DNA of 64,000 nt from Mobula birostris. Its lineage: Eukaryota. Made by a program: the position numbers and the translations under genes. This document shows, one piece after another, positions 13,061 to 25,559 of the stretch. Every line of letters starts with the position of its first letter. The stretch's first letter is position 1. The stretch lies in contig NC_092382.1 in the NCBI RefSeq assembly GCF_030028105.1, positions 806,001 to 870,000 of the forward strand. Direction: 5' to 3'. The notes below the pieces were generated by a model. The model ran no database searches. It saw only the letters and a list, made by a program, of their open reading frames with translations, and was not told where the DNA came from.

Positions 13061-14149
13061 TGTGTGTCCCCGTTTACGAAAGGCAGGTGCCAGTGCAGAG
13101 TGACGTACACTAAAATACGATTTTTTTCTCTATTTTTCACAAGTGTTAGGTTTGTGTTGTTCCATAAATAGTTAAAATGACAAATCGAGATCACCCACCC
13201 CATCCCTCCATCCAGTAGCTCCCCCTACCGGCCGAACTCCGCAATCCCATGCTGTCATTCCACCCTTCCTTTGACCTCCAGGCTACGGAATCACCGAGCC
13301 CAGGAGCACCGCCAAACCCACGAGTGCCGGGACTTCTGATCACACACCTACCGGGCCGGCTCTCCCCCATGGATCACGGGGTTGAGGTAAATCTTCAACC
13401 TTCTCTCAGCTTCCAACAGCCTCTTCGGCCTCAGGACCTATCGACCCGAAACGCCTCGCAAGCGAGGCCCATCTGCGCACACACTCGGGACGCCCCTGCG
13501 CCCTCAGCACCCTTATAGCCTGGGACAGAGGCAGGAGGTCGGGGGCGTTTTGTGCTCGGATGAGGGTCGGCACCGGCGAATCACCGTATTGAATAGGGAG
13601 TAGAAGGGAGCGGGAGGGTGGAGGAGGAATCCGGCTACTTCACGGTACAAGGACAGCGACACAGGCCGGATTCTCCCTACACACTTCCAGTCCGGCCCGG
13701 CTCTGGGCTGCATGCGCTTCGGCTGCGACTCTAAATCCGACTGCAGACTGGAAAGAGGGCTGCCTGTATCCCGTCTGCGTCCTCCCCGGGGCACTCCGTC
13801 TCTCGCCGGCAGGCAGGCACCGTCCCGTTCGGGAAGGACAAGGGGCGCCACAGAGGGCAGGGAAGGCGATTTCTGCGGTTGGCCGGAGAGGAGGAGAGAG
13901 TGAAGGATAGGTCGGAGGACGGGATGCAGGTGGGGGTGTTCAGGAGAGAAAGAGTGGGTGGTCGCGAAGATGGAGATCGCGAAAAGGGGTGGAGAGTGTG
14001 ATCAATGTGACAGGGAGGGAGTGGTCAGACCGAGGCGGAAAGGGCTGGATGGATGTTTTAGAGTGATTTTGCAATGGAAGCTGTAAAATCCTAAAAGGAC
14101 GTGCTGGTATGAAAACTCTCTAATGACTCACGGTACATAAGCCTTTTCT

Positions 14150-16790
14150 CTGACTCACAATGTCCTATCTTCCCTCATCCCAGTCTCTCACTCAGCCCCC
14201 AGTCTCTCTATCTCCCTCCTCCAGTCTCTTGCTCTGCCGGCTCCTTCTAACATCTAGTCTCTCGCCTCATCTCCACCAGGCTTTCTCCTAGTCTCTATCA
14301 CCTCCCAGTCAGTCACCTGCGTCCCTCTCCAGACCTGAGGTCTCTCTCCAACTGTCTCAACAACCCCCGACAAATCACTCCCTCCGGCCTCCCTCTCGTG
14401 TTCTATCGATATTCTCTCTCCCCGTCTCACTCTCTCTCCAGTCCGCCTTTCCTACGCGCGTCTCTCTCTCTCTCTCTCTTTCTTTCTTCTCTCCCCCTCT
14501 CCCCACACTTTTCCTCTGGCTGCCTCTACCGTCCCACTATCCGTCGCTTTTGACATCTGATCTCTCTCCTTCCAGTGCCTTTCCCACCCCAATTTCCTTC
14601 CACACTCCGATCTTTCGAACCATCTGTCCTGCAGGTCTCTCTCCTCAGCCCGATCTCTGTCCCCGTTCAAGTCCACCGTCTCTCTCCCCTGCTCTTTCTC
14701 TCAATCCACAGTCTCTCTCTGCGTCTCACTCTCCCTCCCTACTTTCACTTTCCTCAGCATCCCGGACCCTCTGTCCCCCAAATTCCTTCTTTCTCCCAGT
14801 CTCCTCGTTGAGTCTCCACCTCTCTCTCTCTCGCTGTTCTCTGTACGTTCACCCCCTCCCGTTTCTTCCTGCAGTGCCCTCCATCTCTTTCGCCTCCAGC
14901 TCTCTCTCTCCTTCCACATCTTATCTTCCCCGACCCTTTGTGTCCCTCGTTTTTCTCTCACGCCTTCTGCCCTGGCTCTTGTGCTCCCCAATGTCGCTCC
15001 CCTCGACTCCCGTTCCGCGTTCTCTTTCCCCAAGTCTCTTCCTGCCCAGTTTGTCTGAATCCGCAGTCATTCCCTCTATCCCTCTCTCTCTCTCTCTCTC
15101 TCTCTCTGACCCCTCAGTCTCTCTCTCTCTCTCACCCCCCAGTCTCTCTCTCTCTCTCTCACCCCTCAGTCTCTCTCTCTTGCTCTCTCACCCCAGGATC
15201 TCTGTGTCCCTCACGCCACTGGCACTCTTATGTCGTCTTTCTCCTCCAATTTCTTTCTCCCCAGTCTATGTCTCCCCAAAATTTCTCTCTCCGCAGTTTC
15301 TCTCCCCGCTGTCTTATCTCCTAGTATTTCACGTCCCCCACTGTCTCTTTACATTCTACCTCACTCTGCCTACTCTCTTTCTCTTTCTCTCTCTCTCTCT
15401 CTCCCTCCCTCCCTCTCTCTGTCTCTCTCAGCATCTCCCGGAACTCACAATGTCTGTCATCCGACTCTATCTATCCCCGCAACCTTCCTCGGCTAGTGTC
15501 TCTCTCTGCCCTGTCTCTCTACCCGGTCTCCCTCTCTCCTAGTCTCTCTATCCACCAGACCAACGCTCCCTACTCTCTCTACGTCAGTCTCCCTCTACCC
15601 AGTCTTTCTCACTTTCGTCTCTCTGCCCTGTGTCTCTCTACCCAGTCTTTCTCACTTCCCTGTCTTTCTCTCTCTCCCACAGTTTCTCTCGCATCATATT
15701 CTCCCTCTGCCTATCTCGACTGTCTCTCTCCCCCGCTTTCTCTCTACCCCGCTTTCTCTTCCCATTTACCTCATCGTTCTTCTGTGCCCCAGACTATAAC
15801 CTCCAGTGTGTCTCTCCATCCGTCTTTCTCTAATCCCTAGTTTCTTCGCCATCTCACCAGTCTCTTTTTCGCACCGTCACTTCTACTGACTCTCTCTTTC
15901 CAGCTCATTCTGTCTCTTTCTCACTCATTCCCAACCCCTACCTATTCCCACCCATCTCTCTGTCCTCCAGACTCTCTATACTCTAGTCGCTTTCTCCCCT
16001 CAATTTCCATCCCAGGTTTCAAGCTCTCTTGCTTCTCTCCCTGTCCCGGTCTCTCTCCTCATCCTGGTCTCTCCTCAACTCAATTTCCATCCCCACTCCG
16101 AACTCTCTTCTCAAGTCAAAGCTTCTTCCACACCTAACATCTCTACCCACCCCAATCTCTTTGCTCACCATGGCCACTATCTGCATTTAAGGTCCCTCTC
16201 AATCTCCTCATGCTCTCTCCCACACCGCCCCCCCCACTCCCCAACATACTTTCTCTCGTCGCCACACCCAGCCCCGGTCTCACTCTCTTCAGCACTCCAG
16301 TCACCCAGTCAGTTTCTTCCTGACGTTCTCCGTCCTCAGTCTCTCCCGCTCTCCAGTCCCTCTCTCCCGCTGCTCCCAGGTACTCTCTACTTGGCCACTC
16401 CGTCTCTCCTACACTCTCTCTCCGTGACGTATCCACTCCCAGTATCTCTCTCCTCGTGTCTCTCCCTTCGGCTCTCTTTCTCAGTCTCCTTTCCCACTAG
16501 CATCTCCACCCCGTTCGTCATACTCTTTCCAAAGTCTCTCTGTCGCCCGTGTCTGTGCTGCCAGGCTCTCACATATCCCCGACTATGTCTGCGTCGGTCT
16601 CTCTCTCACTGCAGACTCCTTTTCGCCTCCGAATCTGTCCATTCCTCAGTTTCTCTCTCCATTGCCCCAGTCTCTCTTTCCCTTGTCTCACCAACTCATC
16701 GGTCCTTCTCCCCAGTCTTTCTCTCCCTCGTCCCACCGATTCATTGGCTCCTCTCCCTAGTCTTTCTCGCTCTCTGCGCGCCATTGCTGC
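14150..16790 (+). repeat. About 2.6-kb polypyrimidine (CT-rich) low-complexity tract
   Basis: Strong C/T bias on the plus strand, pure (CT)n runs at ~15080-15180 and ~15380-15430, recurring ccccagtctctct motif. Confidence 0.9.
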
Positions 16791-17319
16791 TCTGCTGAAA
16801 TGCCTGCCAGCTGCTCCTTCCAGTTTACTTTGGCCAGCTCCTCTTTCATACCACTGTAATTTCCCTTACTCCACTGAAAGACTGCTACATCAGACTTTAC
16901 TTTCCACTATGAAATTTCAAGTTGAACTCAATCATATTGGGTCTGGAATATGCACATATATATTTGTCTCGTTGTGTTTTGTAAATGCGAGGACTGGGCC
17001 TCAAAGCCACAGATTCGCCTGGTAGGAATCGGTCGTCTAGGTAACAGTCTACAGATGATATCGGTAGACTGGGGATTCCAATGTTAAACTGCATCTATCC
17101 TGCGTCGTTGTGTGTTTTACTGATATTCTATACGGGGTTGAGACTCTCATTACGTGATAATGATCTTGTGTGGGCTTACTGTGAGTGAGTGTTGGTAACG
17201 TGTGCTCGCACCTTGACCCCGTGGCAAAGCTGTCTCTTTTGGCTGTATTCATGAGTATTAATATACGGATAAATGACAATTAGACTTAAATTGAACTGAA
17301 TTGAATTAAGAAGTCTGTG

Positions 17320-17830
17320 AGGGATCAAAGGATCTTGCAACAGTTTAGTTCAATCTGATTACTTACACAGGCAGAACCAAGTGACAAGCATCATTCACCA
17401 AAGTCTTGCTTTAAAAGACAAACTCATAAAGGATGCTATACTATAAATGCAATCCTCATTCAGTTTGAGAGCCCGGGTGTATATTGATATGACGACAGAT
17501 CCATTATTTCATATTCATAATAACCGTCCCGATAGAATGTCACAAGACAAACAAAAAAAAACACAACTTCCTTAATGGATCCATTCCAAACATACTCAAC
17601 ATTCCGAAATCCAGAAGTGAAATCAGCAGAACGATGCTGACGTAAAGGAGAAAGTTGATAGACTATGGTATGAACAGCGTATACATTGTACCGACAGTAA
17701 TATCTACAAAATCAATGCACAATAGTGACGGCAATATTTATGTAAAAGTCCAAAACGCACCAGTACTAAACCCCACTAGAATAATCGGAAAGCTTTTGCC
17801 AATTGAGAAGTCATTAAAAGTTATGACCGT
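17320..17830 (+). mobile_element. R4/Dong-type non-LTR retrotransposon 3' fragment (restriction-like endonuclease region)
   Basis: Decayed translation GSCNSLVQSDYLHRQNQV..IIHQSLALK, HNNRPD, VYIVPTVIST and VQNAPVLNPTRIIGKLL. Confidence 0.7.
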
Positions 17831-18514
17831 TTTTTTGTTACCCACCCCTCCCCGCCAGGCACCCTGGGAAATGAGGAAGAAACGTGCTTTTCTCACACAG
17901 TAATTCCAGTCATCTTTAGAAATAGACTTTTTGCAGATGATAATTGGACCTAGTGCAGGCATTCCCTGGGCAGGTGCACACATCGGGAAATTGATACAAA
18001 CTCACTCATTGGATACAGGTAAGCACGAATGTTGAAATTTAAATATCTGTAAATGTGAGCGTTGTCTGCTCGTAGCGTGTGGAGGGACGTGCCGATCAGA
18101 TACCGGATGCAATCAGTTAAATCTCACCGCGGTGTTGTCTACTGACTGCGAGCACGGAGCAGTCCCGAGCTGATCCTCGGTGCGCTCAGTGTGAATTGCG
18201 CCCGGTCTCCTTGTGACGGCAGTATTTCCGTTCGGTGCTCCATTTCCTCACCGTCAACGACAAGCCGGTGAGGAGAGCGGGATTTGTTATCGATTAACGT
18301 GTGGCGGTAACGGCAGCGGAAATATAGTTAAAAATACAAATAAAAGGTAGTTTGAGTTTAATAATTGGTAGGAGGTGGAAGTCGCAGGCTGCAGTTGCCG
18401 AAGTGTCTGTTCCGGATCTGGGTTTCGATCGGGCTCTCAACCACTCTCGCAGCTGCCGCGCTCTCCGCTGAGCGCCAGTTCCGTAGTGTCGAGACGAAAA
18501 AAAGAACTGCGAGC

Positions 18515-19425
18515 TTAGATGTGTTGTTTATTAATTAGTTGAATAATTGACGAGAGCGGATATTTCGCTGTGCTGATGAACTGCTCTCTGAACTTGGACT
18601 GAGTCACCCCATAAATAAACGTGTTTGTGCAGCAACTTAATATCATCAGCATGTATCCGGAGTGTTGAAATATATATTCCGAATCGTTGTAACTATTTTG
18701 ATCCAATCCAGCAATGGTGTAATAAAGGAATTCGGCAACTTTTACTGACCACAGGGTGATGAAGCTTCCGGAGATGGTGAGAAGTAAGATCACAGACCTC
18801 CTCCTGCTCTCCATCTCCGGGTCACTGCGGTTCTCCGCCTTGTTCTGACCCCTCAGCCCCTTACGGACCCGACTGGCCACCAAAATGTGTCTGACTGTCA
18901 GAGCGTTGAACAGCAGTATTAACACGAAGGGGAGCAATGGCGCTAGAACGGTAGAAAGCCAGCTATATCCCACCCACCTGCGATCCGTATAGTAACTCGA
19001 TTTACGAATGCAGCCCCAGGGTATATTATCAATTACTTTCATTGGTCGATACATAAAGAAGTAGGGCACATTTTTAAAACAGAAAAGAACGCCGGTTGTT
19101 GTCAAAACTACAGCCGCAGTTTTCCCCGTGCAATATTTTGTTTTCAGCTTCTGGCAACAGATGGCGACAAACCGATCAAACGTAAAGGTGACAGTGAACC
19201 AGACAGAACAGTCTGTGGCAGCCCTTAAGGGGACATAGTTCACACTGCATACGGCGGTGATGTCCAGAAACGTCCCGGGCAAGTAATAATTAAAGACCCG
19301 CCCCAATATAACCTGAAAGATGATGGTCAGTAGATCCGCCGTTGCCATGGCCACCAGGTAGCGAGTGGTGCAGGTGGAGAGGCCGCACTTTCCCCGGGAC
19401 AGGATCACAATCGCCACTAAATTCA
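18515..19425 (-). CDS. GPR139/GPR142-like GPCR, gene B, exon 2 (325 aa when spliced to 20762-20828)
   Basis: Intact 911-nt exon, acceptor tctccag|TG, same motifs as gene A. Confidence 0.92.
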
Positions 19426-20761
19426 CTGGAGAAACAGCAGAAATAATGAGCGAATTACTATCCCGCCGCCACACGGGTCTCAGCGCAAGAGAAGTGCATA
19501 AAAATTGAGAACAATCAAAGTTTGGAGACAACGCATTTCTGGAGTTTAACAGGTGTAAAGTGGGACTCGTAGATGCCCCGTACAATTACATGCTGGGTGA
19601 ATGGTAACAGTACTCGGTCCAGGAAGAGGAGCAGGGTTTGGGAAGGAGGCATTGTAAACGAATCGGGAAATATTCTTTGGTTAGGAGAAATCATTACAAA
19701 TCTCCAAACATCAAGTTTTTGACATCTATGAAGCTTGGATACATCGGAAATTTCTGATCGACGATGTTTGCTACGTTTCTGTCACATACATTCTGGAATC
19801 ACCCCATGCAGCGAAGCCCCGTTCCCTCCACCTCTGTCTCCCGTTCACATGTCTTCTCTTCCTCCCCAACTCCCGTTTGCCATCCGCGTACAGCGACCTC
19901 TGTTGCTTCGCTTCTTTAAAATTCTGCAACTACGCTTGACTGCGGTCGATTGCAATCAGGAAGTTCTAATTCCCGATTTGAAATGATTTTCATGTATTTT
20001 GAACGCTAGTGCTTAAACCATCCAGTTTCCATAGGAAAGCCAATGTATATTTTTCAAAATATTCGCTCTTTGAGGGGTTGCTCCAGAATTACTGCAGCAT
20101 TATTGTAAATGCCGCAAGGGTTATCGTTCCAGAGCGGAGTATCGTATGTACCTTACCCCGTTCGACCTCCAACAGACACTGCTGGGTTGGCTCTTAACTC
20201 CCTCTTCACTACACGTATCATAGGACATGGAAAGAAACTCTGGTGCACTAAAACGCAAACAGACCCTTGTTTGAATTTTGGAATTTCACGATGGCTGGGA
20301 GTCTAACTCACAAGTGATGTCTACCGTTCTCCGCTGAATCTCGCCGGCGACCCGCTTCCGCGATCCCGTCCAACTTGAAGCAAGTTTTTGAAAACGCAGC
20401 GCAATAGGATAAATCTGAATGTGAAGCATGTTACGCTATTGATTCAGAGTATCACCAAGTAGCCCGTAAAAATGCCGAGCGCGCTGGATTATCGGAGTTT
20501 ACTTTGACAGAGGCTTTGCATTGATAAATCACAAATGTCGGTCATGAATCTGCAAAATGGATCTACCTATTCTATCTTCCGCACTACAGCCGTTTCAGCT
20601 GCCGGTTTATTTTCAGCCGAGGTCACGGATTGAACACAGAGTTCTTTACAATGTCCGCATCGCACTCACTGATACACCGGTATCACAACGCTGTCGGTAA
20701 CTGAAAGAGTCCAACGACCGCGCACACAGGACAGCAAATGTCAGTTCGCCTCTGTTCTTAC

Positions 20762-20828
20762 CTGGAACACCAATAACGGCAATGATCAAGAAGTATATCT
20801 TTCTCACACGGAAAAATGTTTCAAGCAT
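20762..20828 (-). CDS. Gene B exon 1 (MLETFFRVRKIYFLIIAVIGVP)
   Basis: Donor G|GTAAGA at 20762/20761. An in-frame ATG 12 nt upstream (20840) is not shared with the paralogs. Confidence 0.88.
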
Positions 20829-21065
20829 ATTGTGTGACATTCAGCCTGTCTTCCAGCTGCCCGCGATCTCGCTGAAGGAAATTCTGAGCTGATGAATCTC
20901 CACTCTCATTCATTTATATTCGCTCCAGCACACCGAATATTCAATATTACACAAGGCTGACATGTCTTCCAACAGCTGGGATAAAAGTAATCATGATGTC
21001 ATTCAAGTAAATTCCCAATTGTGATGAGGTATGGATAGCTTGACAAGGAATTGCAAAATCTCAAA
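20829..21065 (-). promoter_or_regulatory. Conserved proximal promoter of gene B with TATA box
   Basis: TATAAAT at 20912-20918 (minus) and CAGCTG. Aligns to the A, C and D promoters. Confidence 0.6.
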
Positions 21066-21364
21066 GACGATTCAGAGTCGGTGAATGTTCCCGCGAGAAA
21101 CGCTCAGACTCACCTCTCAGATTCATGATTGTTATTGTTGATCGTGTCATTGCTTGTCTCTATGGACACAGACATCAGAGACCAATGTTGTATTGACATT
21201 GGCTGTTCTGTTTCACTCTGAGAATTGTTACGGTGATAGATCTTACAATAAAATTATATAAAACAGATTAAGTTGTTTGCATGTCCGTGTAATATAGTGA
21301 AGGGTCTCAAACTAATATCGCATCCAGGCTTACGAAGATAGTCAACCCACCAAACCGTTCATCG

Positions 21365-22035
21365 AATGAATTGCAACACATACAAAATACTGGATGAAGT
21401 TAACAGGTCAGGCACCGTCTGTGGCAATATATGAACAGTCGTCACTCTGGCCGACTGTCGGCACATCAGCTCCAACGACAAAGTATTCCAGTAGCCAACC
21501 GTTTCCATTTCTATCCCCATTGCCGGGCTGACAGGTCTATAACCTCCTCTTCTGCCACGATATGACCAATCTCTCATTGGAGGAGTAACACGTTTTATTC
21601 CGTCAAAATAGCCTCCTGTCTTATGGCATGGACATGGATATCTCCATCTTCCGGTATTTCCGTCTCTCCCTTCCCTCTCCTGCAATTCTCCACTCTGTAC
21701 TCTTACTCTCCTCCTCGTCTGTCTTTCCTCTCTCCCGGATGCCTCTCCTCCTTCTCTTTCTCCCATGGTCCGCTCTCCTCTCCTGTCAGGTTTATTCTTC
21801 TCACGCGCTTTGCCTTTTCCGCCAATTACCTCCCAGCCCCTGACTTCCTCACGCTACTCCAATCACCTGACTTCACCTATCACCTTCCGGCTTGTCCTCC
21901 TCCCGCTACCCCAAACATTCTTTTTCTGGCACCTTCCTCCTTTTTTTTCTTTATCCAGCTTTGTTCTAGGTTCGCACCAGCAACCTCAACTGCTTATTCA
22001 TTTCCTGACTGGCTGTGTTCCTCCAGCTCTGGTGC
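21365..22035 (+). mobile_element. Decayed Penelope-like element
   Basis: Degenerate GIY-YIG C-terminus near 21540-21655, then a pyrimidine-rich 3' region. Inverted terminal piece near 21370-21450. Confidence 0.6.
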
Positions 22036-22534
22036 AACCCGTCACATGTCCGCGCCGGTATGAAGCAAAGTAATTCAATCACCGCACACATGACCCTCGT
22101 AATGGCGAAAATGCTTAAACCGGCAGAGCATCGGCATTCATTACGTTTGCACCAACAATGACAATTGTTTTGTAGATGAAAAGCGATGGTAGCGTTGTTG
22201 ATACTGAGGTAGGTAGACGGATTTACATATTTGACGAACCGACAAGCACTTCCATTGGGAATACTACACAGTATTCTATATTCTGTGGCTTGTTTCTGAC
22301 GAAGTACTTATTTATTAAGTGGTCTCAACTGAGTGGCACACAAGAAAAGACTTCCACTGTGAGTAGATACTCGTTGCAGTAATAAATCAATGGGCTGTGG
22401 GCTATGGGACAAATTTCATTAGATGGATACTGAACGACAGATCGGGATCAATATTGAGGTATGTGGTGATTATGTCCATGGGAGAGTAGTGCTAGGATAT
22501 TCACAGAGAGTGACGGGGTTCTCGTGAGTGCTGA

Positions 22535-22935
22535 TTCAGAATCAGAATCAGAATGAGAATCAGAATCGGGTTTATTATCACGGGCAGGTGACGTGAAATT
22601 TGTTAACTTAGCAGCAGCTGTTCAATGTAATACATAATATAGCAGAGAGAAAAAACAAATAACAAAAAAAAGTAAATAAACAGGTAAATCAGTTGCGTAT
22701 ATTGAATAGATTCTAAACAACGTGCAAAAACAGAAATGCTGTATATTAAAAACACTGAGGTATTGCCCAAAGATTGTCCATTTAGGAATTGGATGGCAGA
22801 GGGGGAAAAGCTGTTGCTGAGTCGACGAATGTGTGCCTTCAGGCTCCTGTACCTTCTCCCTAATGGTAACGGTGAGAAAAGGGCACGCCCTGAGTGTAGG
22901 AGGTCCGTAATATTGGACGCTGCCTTTCTGAGACG
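22535..22935 (-). mobile_element. Rex1/Babar LINE 3' end
   Basis: (GATTCT)n tail and LRKAASNITD..LFSPLPLGRRYRSLKA. Absent from the paralogous site upstream of gene A (~4030). Confidence 0.85.
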
Positions 22936-23152
22936 GACAAGGTAATGGAATTTCAAACATCAATGACGGTAGTGATGCGGATTGATAATGTGAGTTCACT
23001 GACGGGAAAGGTCATGGTGCAGTAGGGTATAATATATACTATTGCATGATTAGCATATGGTAATTTTCTGCTCCCCGTCGGTCAAGGATGTGATTGCAGT
23101 GGAGCTGATGCAGAGGTGTGTCGCCAGGAAAATGGAGCTGTTCAGATAGCAG

Positions 23153-25300
23153 TGTCCATATAACCCCAATTCTCATCCACAGTCCCTGTTCACTCATCCA
23201 ACCAGCCGGCTTGAATCAGTTGCTCCGAGCTTTCACCCTCCCTGCCTAAAGATGACCCTGTTGCATGTTGTACTTAGTTTCTGTTCTCCCTTGCTTCGTG
23301 GCCCTTCGTGGCTCGTTATGATGCGGTTTCTGATTAATCTTATCGATCAGTGCTGAATCCTCTCCGCTGTTCTGCTTTACGCCAAAACTCCTCTTCATTT
23401 CCTGACAGGATGAGAGAAACATCGATTGACCTAAAAGTATCGTTGCCTAAAAGAAATCGTCCGCCGACGTGAACACACGATCAGAAGCAGCAGGAAACCG
23501 ATAACTACAGTCCACCGCTCTCAGCGAAGTCTCCGCTCGATGTATCAGCTCCGCGTTCGTCAGCGTTCATCCTCTGAACCGAGGATTCTGCTGCCCGAAA
23601 GCTTTGACGGATCTCTAACCCGATGCTGCAATTTCCCGTCCCAGAGCGGCTTACACTTCGAGCTCCCATTTCTCTATATTCAATACGCCGTGTCAAGGTC
23701 GTCTTCCTTGTCCACCTCTTGGATGCACGAGCTCTGACCTGGGCTACCGCTTATGAAGACAGCATTTGCAATACATATGAGAATTTCACCGCTGACATGC
23801 GCTGCGTCTTCGAAACTTCCGAGATGTGCAGAGGAGGAAGCAGATCTGATACCTCACCTGCGACATGGATTGTGCCGTGCAGTCCAGGAGCCTCGCCCCG
23901 GGGTTCGGCTAGAATGGCGGAAGAGCCGCTTGTCCATTCCCATCACAGCCTCTCGGAGCAATTGAAATATGATCTGTTTGCCTGGGAGCTGCCCAATGAA
24001 CTGCGAAACCTCATCAATCGGACTCTCCGTATTGACAGCGATCTTACGGAGCAAGCCTCATCACCAATGGCTCCAGGACCCACGTTGTTAGGGAGAGATT
24101 CTTTAACACCCCCAAGAGTCCGAGCGTTGGTGGAGGAAACAAAAACCTGCGTAGCTAATATTGTGGAGCCGACCACCACCGCATCAAATATCAACCGACT
24201 CGGCTCTTCCCAGCTCCTCATTCCATTACCAGAGCCCGTCTCACTCCTTCTGTCCTTGCCCACAGTCCGTCGGCTCTACAGGCGAAGAAGTCTCTGCTGG
24301 ATACCGGCGCAGCAGATTACTTTCTGGATCGGACTGTGCGTATGCAGCTTGGACGCCCAACCGAATCTGTCCCTCACGCCATCGACATCGCGGCCATTGA
24401 CGAACCGTCCTTGGGATCTGAGACAGCCCGGGCGCCCACACAGCTTGTTCACCACGATTCATTCAATTCCTCACCCAACACTCCTTTCACCTTGTGTTAC
24501 TCTTGGATCCCCACTCAAGACCCTCACTTTGCCCGTGGAGTTGGAGACCCACCTGCCGGAATCCCGGCCTGCAACATCAGTTGACTCCACCCAATAAATC
24601 CGTGGAAACGGAGTGGACCCTGGCCGTCACCAATCCTGCACAGGACTATCACAACTTAGCCATTGCTTTCGGTAACAGAGAAGCAAACGCCCTGTCACCT
24701 CACAGACATGACCTCCTTCTGGACATCTCCCATTCCCGCGGCACTCTGTTCTCCCTCACACCTTCGCTGACTGAAACTATCGATGACGGCATGGCCGAAG
24801 CGGTAAAGCGCGGCTTCATCTGCCCAGCCGATTGTCCGAACGGTGCAGTATCTTCGTCTCTGCAGTGACAACGGTGGACTCACCAGGATCACCGTAACGA
24901 TACACAAACCTATGCCCCCATGGACAGCAAATTCACACACACACCGTGTGGTCCAGATCTGCAGAAATCCGATCAACATCCCCCAGGTGGTGGTGTGAAG
25001 GGCGGTGTATAGGGGTGGAGTTGGTGGGGGGTGGTGCTGCTGGGGGCTGGTGAATATGGAACACAGCGTTCATAACATCCACTGGGCACAAGGTGATGCA
25101 CTTCCGACTTTCCAACATTCTAGCCTTTTTCCACGCCTTCATTAATGATTCACTCCGCGATATGCTGCGCAGCTATGATTCCATCTACATCGACAACGTT
25201 GTCATCTACTCCAATAACAGAAAGGATAAAGTCATTCAGGTATGTTCAGTTCTACAGCTTCTCCTCTAAAAACCCCTTGTTCGACTAGAAAACCATCTTT
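23153..25300 (+). mobile_element. Decayed Gypsy (Sushi-like) LTR retrotransposon: 5' LTR, gag, protease, RT; 3'-truncated
   Basis: TG...CA LTR-like segment ~23153-23407. gag LLDARALTWATAY..YENFTADMRCVF, protease LLDTGAADYFLD (~24295), RT NTAFITSTGH..FINDSLRDML..IYIDNVVIYS (~25040-25210). Confidence 0.82.
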
Positions 25301-25559
25301 TGTGTGAGATGGTGCAGGTGGAACACAGAGACGTGTTGCGGCAGCTGACAGAACTTGTAAGTACACATCTGAACCAATCTCACGACAGACGGCAGCCGCA
25401 AATTCCCTTCAGTTAACACACTGTACTTTTCAACCATCTTAACGAACTAGCGATTTCACGATTTTCTGAATGATTTGGTTCGTTTAACTGTGAGCCTTGC
25501 AGGTACCACACCTTTAAGCTATCCAAGGTACGTCGCCATAAGCCTAAGGGGGGGGCTGG

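Noticed and set aside
14550-15542. 330-aa Ser/Leu/Pro-rich ORF
   Set aside because: Artefact of CT-rich low-complexity sequence that lacks stop codons.
23623-24597. 324-aa gag-like ORF as a domesticated PEG10/RTL1-type gene
   Set aside because: The gag and protease motifs fall in different frames, the RT has stops and YIDN, and an LTR is still attached. This is a decaying element.
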